Positions 38,302 through 48,391 of a stretch of DNA of 56,165 bases are shown one piece after another (within the stretch, counting starts at the first letter, position 1; every line of letters begins with the position of its first letter). The stretch comes from an uncultured Actinomycetes bacterium (GTDB lineage Bacteria > Actinomycetota > Actinomycetes > Mycobacteriales > Mycobacteriaceae). The position numbers were made by a program, and so were the translations under genes. The stretch is taken from NCBI GenBank assembly GCA_903862565.1, contig CAIOYU010000651.1, forward strand, positions 1-56,165. The letters run 5' to 3'. The notes beneath the pieces are model-generated. The model saw only the letters and a program-made list of their open reading frames with translations, made no database searches and had not been told where the DNA came from.

Positions 38302-39824
38302 GCGCCCCGGCGTCGGCTCCGCCCGGCCGTTCCCGACCTGACCGGCCGGCCACCACCCGGGTGACCATCCTGACCGGGCGGCGGATGACGGACCTGGTGC
38401 TGCCGGCCGTCGCCCCGGTCGAGGCCTACATCGACGAGACGGTCGGGGTTCTCGAAGACCTCCTGGAGGGCACCCCTGCCGACATCCTGGCCGGGTTCGA
38501 CTTCAAAGCCCAAGGCGTCTGGTCGTTCGCCAGGCCGGGATCGCCGCCCCTGAAACGCGACCGCTCGCTCGAGGAGTCCGGGATCGTCGACGGGTCGCTG
38601 CTCACCCTGGTGTCGACCAGTCGGACCGAACGCTACCGGCCACTGGTCGAGGACGTCATCGATGCGATCGCGGTACTCGACGAATCTCCCCAGTTCGACC
38701 GCTCGGCCCTGAACCGCTTCATCGGGGTCGCGATCCCGGTGGTGGCGACCGCCACCGCCGTTATGTCCTTCATCAGTTGGCTGCGTAGCGGGCAGACGTG
38801 GTGGTGGACCGTCGGCTTGATGATCCTGGGACTTTTGGCACTGGCCGGAAGTTGGCAGGCCTGGGCCCGTTACCGCCAGGCGAGCTTCTCGGAGAGCCTG
38901 CTGATTGCCGCCGCGGCTCTGCTGGCCGCAGGGGCGGCGACGGCAGTGCCGTTGCCCCGCGGATTCACCTCGGCGGGTGCTCCGCAATTGGCCGCTGCGG
39001 CAGCAGTGTTCGCCGCGGTCGCCATCTTCACCCGCGGCGGTCCGCGCGGACGTGCCGAGGTTGCGGCCTTCGCCGGAACGCTGGCGGTCGTGGGCACGGC
39101 CGCGGCCATCGCCTACGGTTACGGGTGGAAGGCGTGGGTGCCCGCCGCAGCGGTCGCCGTCGGTCTGATCGTGGTGACCAACGCCGCGAAACTGACTGTG
39201 GCGGTTGCCCGTATCGCCCTGCCGCCGATCCCGGCCCCCGGTGAGACCGTCACCCATGAGGAACTGCTGGACCCGGTCACCGATCCGCAGGCGCTGGCTG
39301 AGGAGTCCTCGACCTGGCGGGCCATCATCGCTTCGGTGCCGGAGTCCGCGGCGCGACTGACCGAGCGCAGCGAGTTGGCCAAACGCCTGCTGATCGGCTT
39401 CGTCGCGGCGGGTTGTGTGATCCTGACCGCCGGCGCGATCGCGGTCGTGGTTCCCGGCCACTTCCTGGTGCACAGCACCATCGTCGCCGGACTTGTCACG
39501 GTGATCTGTGCGTTTCGGGCGCGACTGTATGCCGAACGTTGGTGTGCCTGGTGGCTGTTGGGCGTCTCGGTGGCGGTGCCCATCGGCGTGCTGGCCAAGA
39601 TGTGCCTGTGGTTTCCGAAGTGGGCCTGGCTGGCGGTCGCGGTGTTCGTCGTCCTGGCCATCGCCTCGCTCGTTCTGGTCGGCGCCACCGAAGGCGTTCG
39701 GCGGGTCTCGCCGGTGGCTCGACGGGTGCTCGAACTCGTCGATGGAATCGCGATCGCGGCGGTGATCCCCTTGCTGCTCTGGATCGCCGGTGTGTATGAC
39801 GCGTTGCGAAACCTGAGGTTCTAG
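38298..39824 (+). CDS. eccD1: ESX-1 membrane component EccD
   Basis: TTRVTILTGRRMTDLVLP ubiquitin-like domain, ERYRPLVEDVID, about 11 TM segments. Confidence 0.96.
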   Translation: MSAPASAPPGRSRPDRPATTRVTILTGRRMTDLVLPAVAPVEAYIDETVGVLEDLLEGTPADILAGFDFKAQGVWSFARPGSPPLKRDRSLEESGIVDGSLLTLVSTSRTERYRPLVEDVIDAIAVLDESPQFDRSALNRFIGVAIPVVATATAVMSFISWLRSGQTWWWTVGLMILGLLALAGSWQAWARYRQASFSESLLIAAAALLAAGAATAVPLPRGFTSAGAPQLAAAAAVFAAVAIFTRGGPRGRAEVAAFAGTLAVVGTAAAIAYGYGWKAWVPAAAVAVGLIVVTNAAKLTVAVARIALPPIPAPGETVTHEELLDPVTDPQALAEESSTWRAIIASVPESAARLTERSELAKRLLIGFVAAGCVILTAGAIAVVVPGHFLVHSTIVAGLVTVICAFRARLYAERWCAWWLLGVSVAVPIGVLAKMCLWFPKWAWLAVAVFVVLAIASLVLVGATEGVRRVSPVARRVLELVDGIAIAAVIPLLLWIAGVYDALRNLRF

Positions 39825-39834
39825 AGGGTTTCTC

Positions 39835-39918
39835 ATGACAGAACCGTTGACAGACGCTGAGGACCCCGGACTGATGGACCGCTTGGAAGCGATTCTTAGG
39901 GGCCGTGTTGGTGGTTAG
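39835..39918 (+). pseudogene. 27-aa mini-ORF, possible 5' remnant of the ancestral espJ
   Basis: MTEPLTDAEDPGLMDRLEAILRGRVGG begins 11 nt after the eccD1 stop with a GAGGG RBS; first residues resemble EspJ (MAEPLAVDP). Confidence 0.4.
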
Positions 39919-39952
39919 CCAGCTCAACGTGCCAGTCACTGATAAAACGAGG

Positions 39953-39986
39953 GCGCCTGACTCTGCCTCGCGCCTGACTCTGCCTC
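39953..39986. repeat. Perfect 17-bp tandem duplication (GCGCCTGACTCTGCCTC x2)
   Basis: Read directly at 39953-39969 and 39970-39986. Confidence 0.9.
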
Positions 39987-40023
39987 ATGGAAATAGGATT
40001 TTTGTTTCCTATAGTGGAGCACC

Positions 40024-40761
40024 ATGACCGACACGTTGATCGTCGACCCTGACCGGCTCGCCAGCGCGAGCTCGGCGCTCGGTGCCGCTGCATCGCAGAT
40101 TCCTGTGGTGACGCCGTACGCGCCCTCAGTCGGTGCTGACCCGCTGTCGCTGGCGATTGCCCAAGGATCATCGGAGATCGAGATGCCGATGCAGGCCCTC
40201 CCTGCCATCAAAAGGGATGCGACGGAGACCGCGATGAACGTGGGTGCCGCCGGGAAGATGTACGCCGATGCCGACCGAGAGGCTGCTGAGAACGCCTCCC
40301 GTCTCCGATTCTTCACTCCGGGTTCACCGGGCCTCGGAGATGGCGGATTGGCGACAGCCCCGGGCGCCGGTGCCGGTGGCGCAGGTGCGGGCATCGGTTC
40401 GGGCGTTGGTGCCGGTGCTGGGTCAGGCCTGGGCTCGGGCGCTGGTGTCGCAGGTGCCGCGGCCTCGGCGGCGGGAGTTCCGGGCGCAGGCCAAGCCGGC
40501 GGACTGAGCCAGATGATGGGTGCGCCCATGCAGATGGCGCAGCAGGCGGGCCAGATTCCGCAACAGCTTGCTCAGATGGCGGGGTCGGCACCCCAGGGTG
40601 TGATGCAGGGTGCTCAGGGGGCAGTGCAGCAGGTGACACAGATGGCGGGGCAGTTCGGCAAGGCTTCCGGCGACGACGGCAAAGGGTCTGATCTGCCGGT
40701 GGATCGTGACCCGGCGCGCGACGACCGTCCCGAGGACCGGCCAGCAGAGACCGTGCTCTAG
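40024..40761 (+). CDS. EspJ-like (PE-like helical) ESX substrate, possibly 3'-truncated
   Basis: LIVDPDRLASAS, GADPLSLAI, YADAD signal, Gly-Ala linker, Gln/Met-rich segment; abrupt end. Confidence 0.72.
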   Translation: MTDTLIVDPDRLASASSALGAAASQIPVVTPYAPSVGADPLSLAIAQGSSEIEMPMQALPAIKRDATETAMNVGAAGKMYADADREAAENASRLRFFTPGSPGLGDGGLATAPGAGAGGAGAGIGSGVGAGAGSGLGSGAGVAGAAASAAGVPGAGQAGGLSQMMGAPMQMAQQAGQIPQQLAQMAGSAPQGVMQGAQGAVQQVTQMAGQFGKASGDDGKGSDLPVDRDPARDDRPEDRPAETVL

Positions 40762-40771
40762 CGGCTGTTGA

Positions 40772-41467
40772 TCAGCGGAACGGTTGGTTGCCGAAGCGGT
40801 CGAGATGCACCACCTCGCCGATCGGTCGGCGGGTGGTGGGGCCGTAGCGCCCCTTGGCCCAGCCGATCGGGATGATGCACACCGGGGTGATGTCGCGTGG
40901 CAGACCGAGGATGCGCCGTACCGACGGCACCCACCAGATCGGCAGCGTCTGCAGCGACGCCCCCAGGCCAACCGCCCGGCACGCCAGCAGCAGGTTCTGG
41001 ACCGCCGGGAACACCGATCCGTAGAACGACGCCACTGAGATCTGCGGGTGGCCAACCGGCTTGTGCTTGAGACCCCTTCGGTAACAGGGGATCACGAACA
41101 CCGGGAGCTTCTCGAAGTTCTCCGCCTGCCATTGCCCCGGGGCCATGTTGCGCCGCGCCTGCTCGTCACCGCGCGCCTGGCGTTCGACGAGAGGGTTGAA
41201 CAGCTTGTACAGCCGCCGGTAGAGCTTGGCCAGCCGCGCCTTCTGCCCGGGGTCTTCCACCACCATGTAGTGCCAGTCCTGGCTGTCGGAACTGGTGGGC
41301 GCCTTCAGTGAGAGTTCGAGCAGCGGAAGCAGCACGTCGTGGGACACCGGTTCCAGGTGCAGGCGGCGGACCGCACGCTGGGTGCGCATGGCCTCGTCCA
41401 TCGGCATGCCGAGCCGGGCCAGCGCCTCAGCCGGTGTCGGCGGTGTGAATTCCCCGGAGTCGCTCAC
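40772..41467 (-). CDS. Nitroreductase family protein
   Basis: AMRTQRAVRR, KAPTSSDSQDW, SVFPAVQNLLLACRAVGLG; GTGA overlap with the upstream gene. Confidence 0.92.
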   Translation of the reverse strand: MSDSGEFTPPTPAEALARLGMPMDEAMRTQRAVRRLHLEPVSHDVLLPLLELSLKAPTSSDSQDWHYMVVEDPGQKARLAKLYRRLYKLFNPLVERQARGDEQARRNMAPGQWQAENFEKLPVFVIPCYRRGLKHKPVGHPQISVASFYGSVFPAVQNLLLACRAVGLGASLQTLPIWWVPSVRRILGLPRDITPVCIIPIGWAKGRYGPTTRRPIGEVVHLDRFGNQPFR

Positions 41468-42186
41468 CAGCCGGGCACCTGGTTGCGGCGGCGCCGCAGC
41501 ACCGCGGTCACGATCATGATGACCGTTCCGGCCAGGGCGAGCGGGAAGCCGACACAGATCATGGCGATCCGCACGATGAAGGCGGCGGGGCTGAGGTATC
41601 CGCCGACGCCGAAGGTGTCCGACGGGTCGCCCGCGCAGCTGAGGTTGTAGTCGCCGGACTGGGTGGCCTCCAGGGTGAACATCGCCTGCCACTGATTGAG
41701 GGTCAAATTGCCGTCATAGCGTTTGAGACTGACTCTCCCACCGCGAGTTCCAGCCGCTACGCAGTTGATGGGATGCCCTCCGACAGCGGAGGAGTTTGCG
41801 ACATACAGCACCTTCCTGGTTCCCGGTTCCAGAGGCACGGTGATCGATCCGCGGCTGCTGAAGATCGCGTCGTCCTGGGGTTGTGCGCCGAAGGCTCGAA
41901 ACAACCCGCCGATTCCGACCACTGCGCCCAGGACCAGGCCGACCACGATCAAGCCTGCGCCGATCGCGTACCAGAACTTTCCCGGAGGCCGCTTCGGCGG
42001 CGGCGGGGGGTAGAAGCCGGGCGGATAGGCGGCCGAAAAACCCGGGCCATACTGCGGGGGAACAGGCCACGGCTGCGGACCAGGTGGCAGGGGCGGAACG
42101 CCACCGGGCGGGAAGGGCGGAACGCCACCGGGCGGCAGGGGCGGAGGGAAAGGCGCGCCCTCGTAGGGGAACGGCGGCGTGCTCAT
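41464..42186 (-). CDS. Pro-rich N-terminus, two-TM membrane protein
   Basis: PPGGVPP repeats, two TM helices flanking a domain with two Cys. Confidence 0.8.
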   Translation of the reverse strand: MSTPPFPYEGAPFPPPLPPGGVPPFPPGGVPPLPPGPQPWPVPPQYGPGFSAAYPPGFYPPPPPKRPPGKFWYAIGAGLIVVGLVLGAVVGIGGLFRAFGAQPQDDAIFSSRGSITVPLEPGTRKVLYVANSSAVGGHPINCVAAGTRGGRVSLKRYDGNLTLNQWQAMFTLEATQSGDYNLSCAGDPSDTFGVGGYLSPAAFIVRIAMICVGFPLALAGTVIMIVTAVLRRRRNQVPGW

Positions 42187-42192
42187 CTGGCT

Positions 42193-43452
42193 CTACCTCG
42201 ATTCCGTCAGAGCCTGCACCAACTCCGGCACCACCAGGCCGCGTTGCCAGGTTCGGGCGCCGCCCTCGCGAAGAACGGTGTCGATCGCCACGGCGGGGTC
42301 GGGGGAGACTGTCCAGTCCCAGCACAGCCGCCGCACCAACTCCGGCGACAGCAGGTTCTCGGTGGGAACGCCGACCCTCTCGGACAGCGTGCTGATGGCG
42401 GCGCGGGCCGCCTCCAGACGCACTGCGGCCTCGGGGCGACGTTTGGCCCAGCGCATCGGTGGCGGCGGGCCGTCCTGCGGCTCAGCAGTGTCGACCGGTT
42501 CGGTGCTGACGCGGGCCTTGGCCAGCGCATCCAGCCACACCGCGGCACTGCGGCGCTGATTGCTGCCGCCGAAGATCGGAAGCGCAGTCAATTCCTCGAC
42601 CGTCTTGGGGTCGGCGAGCGCGGCGGCCACGATGGCCGAATCCGGCAGGATCCGTCCCGGGGCGATGTCGCGTCGGCGCGCGATCTGATCGCGGACGGTC
42701 CACATCTCGCGCACCGCGGTCAACCCCGCTGTGGTCTTCACCTTGTGGAGACCGGACGTGCGCCGCCATCGGTCCCTGCGCGTGACGATCGGTTCGGCTC
42801 CCCGCAGGTACTCGAATTCTTCTGCTGCCCAATCGGATTTGCCCTGGGAATCCAGGACGTCGGCGATCGCCGCCCGCAGTTCGATCAGGACCTCGACGTC
42901 GAGGGCGGCATAGTTGAGCCAGGCCGACGGCAGCGGACGCTTGGACCAGTCGGCCGCGCCGTGGCCCTTGGCCAGGCCGAGACCCAGCATCCGTTGCACC
43001 ATCGCGGCAAGGTTGACCCGGTCGAATCCGGCCAGGCGGGCGGCCAACTCGGTGTCGTAGAGGGCCGGCGGGCGCAGTCCGATCTCGGCCAGGCAGGCCA
43101 GATCCTGGTCGGCGGCGTGCAGAATCCACTCGTCGTCGGCCAGGACGTCGGCGACCGGCTTGAGCGCGTCGATCGGGCTTCCGCCGTGATTGACCGGGTC
43201 GATCAGCACGGTTCCGGCCCCGGCGCGGCGGATCTGGATCAGATAGGCACGGTTGGAGTAGCGGAACCCCGACGCCCGTTCGGCGTCGATGGCAAAGGGT
43301 CCGCTCCCGGACGCCAGTTTCTCTGCCGCGCAAGCGATCTCATCGGTGCTGATGGCAAGGTCCGGAAGGCCTCCGGTGGGGTGCAGCAGCGGAGTGGCCT
43401 CCACGGCATCGTCGGCAGATGCGTGCTCTGCGGCAACGTCAGCGTCGGTCAT
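42193..43452 (-). CDS. rnd: Ribonuclease D (3'-5' exonuclease + HRDC)
   Basis: [45 protein letters not shown]. Confidence 0.95.
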   Translation of the reverse strand: MTDADVAAEHASADDAVEATPLLHPTGGLPDLAISTDEIACAAEKLASGSGPFAIDAERASGFRYSNRAYLIQIRRAGAGTVLIDPVNHGGSPIDALKPVADVLADDEWILHAADQDLACLAEIGLRPPALYDTELAARLAGFDRVNLAAMVQRMLGLGLAKGHGAADWSKRPLPSAWLNYAALDVEVLIELRAAIADVLDSQGKSDWAAEEFEYLRGAEPIVTRRDRWRRTSGLHKVKTTAGLTAVREMWTVRDQIARRRDIAPGRILPDSAIVAAALADPKTVEELTALPIFGGSNQRRSAAVWLDALAKARVSTEPVDTAEPQDGPPPPMRWAKRRPEAAVRLEAARAAISTLSERVGVPTENLLSPELVRRLCWDWTVSPDPAVAIDTVLREGGARTWQRGLVVPELVQALTESR

Positions 43453-43453
43453 C

Positions 43454-44035
43454 TCAGGCGCGGGACCGGGAACTCAGGTCGGTGACACCGGCCGGCGGAA
43501 GGCCGGCGGCGTGTTCGAGGACTTCGCAGAACGCCTGCACATGGGTGCCGAGGTCCAGGGTGGTGGCCGTCCAGGAGGCGCGCATCTCGAGTTGGTGCGC
43601 GCGGGGCGGGCCGGAGATGTCGCCGTAGCGCACCGAGGTGGTGGCGGTGACGGTTCCGCCCAGCGCGGTGACCTGGTCGGCGCGGGACGCCAGGGCCTCG
43701 ACCAGCCAACTCCAGGCGACCTCGGGCAGCAGGGGGTCGACGGCCTCGGCGGAGTCCAGATCGGCCTGGATGTAGGAGACCAACCGCATGGTGCCGTCCC
43801 AGGCTTCGGCGCCGTCGGGGTTGTGCAGCAGGATCAGCCGGCCGAAGGCGTCGCCGTCGAAGCGTTCGGGCAACATCTCGTCGTCAGCGCGTTTGACCTC
43901 GGCGCCGAGGGCGTAACTGAAGGGCGCAAGACGCTGAGGTGGGCGAATCGGGCCCAACTCGATCTCCGGGCGCACCTGGGCAGCGTTCATGGCCGCCACC
44001 GCCTCGCGGAATTGCGCCGGCTCCGCACTGCTCAC
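43454..44035 (-). CDS. DUF3000 family protein (Rv2680-like)
   Basis: [27 protein letters not shown]; conserved position between rnd and hemE. Confidence 0.93.
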   Translation of the reverse strand: MSSAEPAQFREAVAAMNAAQVRPEIELGPIRPPQRLAPFSYALGAEVKRADDEMLPERFDGDAFGRLILLHNPDGAEAWDGTMRLVSYIQADLDSAEAVDPLLPEVAWSWLVEALASRADQVTALGGTVTATTSVRYGDISGPPRAHQLEMRASWTATTLDLGTHVQAFCEVLEHAAGLPPAGVTDLSSRSRA

Positions 44036-44131
44036 ACATTGACGCTAGACCTATCCGCCGGACCGCGCAGGCAGGCGCGCCGCGCCGGGGGAGTCCGGGC
44101 ACACCGGGGCAAGGATGGCAGCATTGACCCG

Positions 44132-45181
44132 ATGAGTACCCGTCGCCACCTGCCCGAGGCGCCGTACCTGGCCGCCGCCGCCGGCCGCACGCCCAGCCAC
44201 ACCCCGGTGTGGTTCATGCGCCAGGCCGGCCGCTCGCTGCCCGAGTACCGGAAACTGCGCGCGGGGCACACCATGATGGAGGCCTGTTTCGACCCGGAGA
44301 TGATCTGCGAGATCACCCTGCAGCCGGTGCGCCGGCACAAAGTCGATGCCGCGATCCTGTTCTCCGACATCGTCGTCCCGCTGCGCGCGGCCGGAGTCGA
44401 CCTCGACATCGTTCCCGACGTCGGCCCGGTGATCGCCCACCCGGTGCGCACCGACGACGACGTGACCGCCCTGAAAGGCCTTCAGCTGCAACGGGTCAGT
44501 GCCGTCTCCGATGCCGTCGGCCTCCTGACCTCCGCGCTGGGCGAGGTGCCGCTGATCGGGTTCGCCGGGGCGCCGTTCACGATGGCGTCCTACCTGATCG
44601 AGGGCGGGCCCAGCAAGCTGCACGAACGCACCAAGACGATGATGCTGGGGCAGCCGGCCACCTGGCATGCGCTGATGGACGTCCTGACCGACCTCACCAT
44701 CGCGTTCCTGCGGGTGCAACTCGACGCCGGGGTGGACGCCATCCAGTTGTTCGACTCCTGGGCGGGCACGCTGTCGCTGGCCGCCTACCGCAGTGCGGTG
44801 CTGCCGCACAGTTCGCGGGTGTTCGCCGCGGTGGCCGAGTACGGGGTTCCGATGACCCACTTCGGGGTCGGCACCGCCGAATTGCTGGGCGCGATGGGAC
44901 AGGCCGGGGCCACCGTCGTAGGGGTGGACTGGCGGACTTCGCTGGCTGATGCCGCGGTACGCGTCGAACCCGGAAAAGCGTTGCAGGGCAACCTGGATCC
45001 CGTCACCCTGCTGGCTGGCTGGCCGGTGGTGGAGGAAGCGGCGCGCCGGGTGGTCGACGACGGCCGCCTGGCGGTCCAGGCCGGCGCTGCCGGTCACATC
45101 TTCAATCTGGGCCACGGCGTGCTTCCCGCCACCGACCCCGACGTGCTGACCGACCTGGTGGCGCTGGTGCACTCGCTGTGA
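44132..45181 (+). CDS. hemE: Uroporphyrinogen decarboxylase
   Basis: [38 protein letters not shown]. Confidence 0.98.
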   Translation: MSTRRHLPEAPYLAAAAGRTPSHTPVWFMRQAGRSLPEYRKLRAGHTMMEACFDPEMICEITLQPVRRHKVDAAILFSDIVVPLRAAGVDLDIVPDVGPVIAHPVRTDDDVTALKGLQLQRVSAVSDAVGLLTSALGEVPLIGFAGAPFTMASYLIEGGPSKLHERTKTMMLGQPATWHALMDVLTDLTIAFLRVQLDAGVDAIQLFDSWAGTLSLAAYRSAVLPHSSRVFAAVAEYGVPMTHFGVGTAELLGAMGQAGATVVGVDWRTSLADAAVRVEPGKALQGNLDPVTLLAGWPVVEEAARRVVDDGRLAVQAGAAGHIFNLGHGVLPATDPDVLTDLVALVHSL

Positions 45182-46527
45182 AGCCCGCCTACTGCATTGT
45201 GGGCGGCGGCATTTCGGGTCTGATGACGGCCTACCGCATCCGCGCCACGGTGGGTGAGGACGCCGACATCATGCTGTTCGACCCGGCTGACCGGCTCGGT
45301 GGGGTGCTGCGCACCGAGCAGTTGGCCGGCCAGATCATGGACATCGGCGCCGAGGCGTTCATCGCCCGCCGCCCCGAGGTTCCCGCGCTGCTGCGCGAAC
45401 TCGGGCTCGACGACCGCCAGATCGGCACCACCGGCGTGCGCACCACGATCTACAGCCAGGACCGGCTGCACCCGCTGCCGCCGGACTGCGTCAACGGCAT
45501 TCCCAGCAACGCCGAAGCCATGACCGGGCTCGTCGACCAGGCCTGCCTCGCCCGCATCGCGACCGAACCGGACCGCCCGCTGGACTGGCAGCGGGGCTCG
45601 GACCCCGCCGTCGGGGCGCTGGTGGCCGAACGTTTCGGCGAGCAGGTGGTCACCCGCTCGCTGGACCCCATGCTCTCCGGGGTGTACGCCGGGTCAGCCG
45701 CCACCATCGGCATCCGCTCGGCGGTGCCCACGGTGGCCGCGGCCCTCGACGCCGGGGCGCCCAACCTCACCGCGGCGGTCCGGTCGGTGCTGCCGAGCGC
45801 CACCAGCGGCCCGGTTTTCGGCGCGATCGACGGCGGGTACCAGGTGCTGCTCGACGCCCTGGTGGCCCGCGGTCGGCCGCGGTGGATCGACGCGGCGGTG
45901 CGGCGCATCGCCGCCGACGGGACAGGCTGGGCCCTCACCGATGACACCGGCACCACCTGGCGGGCCGACGGGGTCGTCGTCGCCCTGGCGGCCCCGGGCG
46001 CGGCGACGCTCCTGGAGGACGTCGCACCGGCCTCCGCGGCGGCGGCCGCGCGGATCCCGGTGGCCTCGGCGGCCGTGCTGGCCATGGCGGTGCCGGCCGG
46101 TACCCCGTTCCCGCCGCAGTCCGGGGTCCTGGTGGCCACCGGAGAACGCCTGCACAGCAAGGCCATTACGTTGTCCACCCGCAAGTGGGGTGCGCGCGGC
46201 GGACCCGAACTGCTCCGGTTGTCGTTCGGCAGGTTCGGTGACGAGATCGCGCGGACTGTCCCCACCGCCGACCTGCAGGCATGGGCGCTCGAGGATCTGG
46301 ACACGGTGTTCGGCCTCACCGTCGACCCGATCGACGTGCTGGTGCACCGCTGGATCGACGCACTGCCGCAGTACGGACCGGGCCACGCGGCGATCGCCGC
46401 CGAGGTGCGGGCGGGGCTGCCGTCGGGCCTGGCCGTCGCCGGCAACTACCTCGACGGTGTCGGTGTGCCGGCCTGCCTGGCGGCGGCGGGACAGGCGGCA
46501 GCGGCCGTGACCGCCGTGGCACGATAG
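45178..46527 (+). CDS. hemY: Coproporphyrinogen/protoporphyrinogen oxidase
   Basis: [11 protein letters not shown] motif, DIGAEAF, GVYAG, LPQY, GVGVPAC. Confidence 0.95.
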   Translation: MKPAYCIVGGGISGLMTAYRIRATVGEDADIMLFDPADRLGGVLRTEQLAGQIMDIGAEAFIARRPEVPALLRELGLDDRQIGTTGVRTTIYSQDRLHPLPPDCVNGIPSNAEAMTGLVDQACLARIATEPDRPLDWQRGSDPAVGALVAERFGEQVVTRSLDPMLSGVYAGSAATIGIRSAVPTVAAALDAGAPNLTAAVRSVLPSATSGPVFGAIDGGYQVLLDALVARGRPRWIDAAVRRIAADGTGWALTDDTGTTWRADGVVVALAAPGAATLLEDVAPASAAAAARIPVASAAVLAMAVPAGTPFPPQSGVLVATGERLHSKAITLSTRKWGARGGPELLRLSFGRFGDEIARTVPTADLQAWALEDLDTVFGLTVDPIDVLVHRWIDALPQYGPGHAAIAAEVRAGLPSGLAVAGNYLDGVGVPACLAAAGQAAAAVTAVAR

Positions 46528-46532
46528 AGGCC

Positions 46533-47237
46533 ATGGCAAGACTGAACTACGACGAGATCAACTCGGCGGTCCGCTATGTGATGTTCTCGGTGTTCGCCGC
46601 GCGCCCGGGGGAGTTGGGTTACGACGAGGCCGCCCGCGCTGCGGTGATCGACGAGACGGCGACCTTCCTCAAGCAGCAGGAGGAGAACGGTGTCGTGGTC
46701 CGCGGCATCTATGACGTGGCCGGCATGCGCGCCGACGCCGACTTCATGATCTGGACACACGCCGAACGGGTGGAGTCCCTGCAGAAGACCTATAGCGACT
46801 TCCGGCGCACCACCACCCTGGGCCGCGCCACCACGCCGTTCTGGAGCTGCGTCGGACTGCACCGGCCCGCCGAGTTCAACAAGAGCCACGTCCCGGCGTT
46901 CATGGCCGATGAGCAGGCCGGCGACTACATCTGCGTCTACCCGTTCGTGCGGTCGCTGGACTGGTACCTGCTGCCCGAGGAGGACCGGCGCAAGATGCTC
47001 GCCGACCACGGGATGGCCGCGCGGGGCTACAAGGACGTACGGGCCAACACCGTGCCGGCGTTCGCGCTGGGAGACTACGAGTGGATCCTGGCCTTCGAGG
47101 CGCCTGAGTTGTACCGGATCGTCGACCTGATGCGCGACCTGCGCGCCACCGAGGCCAGACGGCATGTGCGCGAGGAGATTCCGTTCTTCACCGGCCCGCG
47201 GGTCGGGGTCGAGGAACTGGTCAGCCGCCTGCCCTGA
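46533..47237 (+). CDS. hemQ: Coproheme decarboxylase (ChdC/HemQ)
   Basis: [27 protein letters not shown]. Confidence 0.96.
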   Translation: MARLNYDEINSAVRYVMFSVFAARPGELGYDEAARAAVIDETATFLKQQEENGVVVRGIYDVAGMRADADFMIWTHAERVESLQKTYSDFRRTTTLGRATTPFWSCVGLHRPAEFNKSHVPAFMADEQAGDYICVYPFVRSLDWYLLPEEDRRKMLADHGMAARGYKDVRANTVPAFALGDYEWILAFEAPELYRIVDLMRDLRATEARRHVREEIPFFTGPRVGVEELVSRLP

Positions 47238-47243
47238 CCCCCA

Positions 47244-47426
47244 CTAGTCACCCATGGTCGTCATCGTGGCCTGCGCCGCCTCGAACCTTGTCGGCGAAAG
47301 GGAGATTTGGCCCCGGAAGGGCTGGTTCAACTCGATCAACAGGAAGAGCACCATTCCCAGCATGGCCGCGGTCACCCCGACCGCGAGCAGGTGCATGGTG
47401 CGGTTCTCCATGCTCCATGTGCACAT
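47244..47426 (-). pseudogene. C-terminal remnant of a DUF4239-like membrane protein
   Basis: LFLLIELNQPFRGQISLSPTRF resembles the DUF4239 C-terminal TM motif; only about 60 aa remain. Confidence 0.55.
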
Positions 47427-47491
47427 TAGCCGGGATGACCAAAATCCGTCAGAAGCGCGTTAGGTACGCCGAGTGGCTGTGCCGCGGCTGC

Positions 47492-48391
47492 CTATTGCCT
47501 GACAAAAATCTTCAGCGCGCCCGGCGACGCCGAGATCTCCACGGGCAGCGGGCAGACGTAGTCGCCGTCGGCGTAGGCGTTGATGCCCGGTGACTCCACG
47601 GTGATGGTCCGGGCGCGTTCGGTGCTGACCTCGGTCAGACCGGTGTGCGTGCCCTTGAAGACGGTGGGGAAGAGCCGGATCAGCCTGGTCCGGGAACCCG
47701 CCTTCACCATGGTGACGTCGAGCATGCCGTCGGAGTGATCGGCGTTGGGGCAGATCAGCATTCCGCCGCCGTAGCTGCGGGTGTTGCCGAACGCCGCCAG
47801 GGTCAGGTCGGTGACCACCTCACGCTCGCCGTCGAAGACCAGCCGGAACGGCAGAGGCCGCAATTGCGACAACTCGGCCAGGATCGCGAGGTTGTAGCGC
47901 ATCCGGCCGTGCGGCCAGCTCATCCGGTTGACGCGGTCACTGACGAGTGAGTCGAAACCGGTTGCGGCGACGGTGCCGAACCAGTTGTTGGTGCCGTCCG
48001 CCCCGCGAATCAGCCCGAGGTCGACGGTCTCGGTGTGCCCGGCGGTGATGAGGTCGACGGCCGCTGCCGGATCCCCGGTCGGAAGCTTGTATTCGCGGGC
48101 GTGGTCGTTTCCGGTTCCGGCCGGGACGATTCCGAGCGGAATACCGCTGTGCGCCAATGCTTGCAGGGCCAACCGGATCACCCCGTCGCCCCCGACGACG
48201 ATCAGTGCTTCGGTGCCCTCCGCCACCGCGCCCTCGACCAGTTCGCGGGCATGGGCGGCGTCGCGGCCGACGATCTGGACCACACTGACGCCGAGCTCCT
48301 GGAAGCGGGCGACGGCCCGCTCGGCGGCGTGTGGGGCGTTGCCGTGGCCGGCCTGCGGGTTGGTGAGCAGGGTGACCTGCGAAAGGGTCAT
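47492..48391 (-). CDS. Diacylglycerol kinase (Rv2252-like)
   Basis: NPQAG, VGGDG, PAGTGNDHA, GNTRSYGGG, YADGD. Confidence 0.95.
   Translation of the reverse strand: MTLSQVTLLTNPQAGHGNAPHAAERAVARFQELGVSVVQIVGRDAAHARELVEGAVAEGTEALIVVGGDGVIRLALQALAHSGIPLGIVPAGTGNDHAREYKLPTGDPAAAVDLITAGHTETVDLGLIRGADGTNNWFGTVAATGFDSLVSDRVNRMSWPHGRMRYNLAILAELSQLRPLPFRLVFDGEREVVTDLTLAAFGNTRSYGGGMLICPNADHSDGMLDVTMVKAGSRTRLIRLFPTVFKGTHTGLTEVSTERARTITVESPGINAYADGDYVCPLPVEISASPGALKIFVRQ

Noticed and set aside
40360-40500. Gly-Ala repeats in the espJ-like gene and Pro/Ala/Gly tracts in espE-like, PPE68 and espI
   Set aside because: Ordinary low-complexity linkers of ESX substrates; no spacer-repeat structure
22044-40761. 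Plasmid-type ESX-P or conjugative element
   Set aside because: EsxA/EsxB, whiB6, espM and split eccC are ESX-1-like; no VirB4, TcpC, relaxase, integrase or att repeats recognised in the window
42091-42135. 21-bp direct repeat with 24-bp period
   Set aside because: Encodes PPGGVPP low-complexity protein repeats; not CRISPR or regulatory
43289-44131. Apparent N-terminal extension of HemE (similar cases for pstA, hemQ, DAG kinase, kasB, nitroreductase)
   Set aside because: Open frames overlapping neighbouring genes; family-typical starts lie downstream
39821-47247. CTAG tetramers near junctions (39821, 40758, 47244) as IS target footprints
   Set aside because: Each is simply a C followed by a TAG stop codon; no terminal inverted repeats or transposase seen
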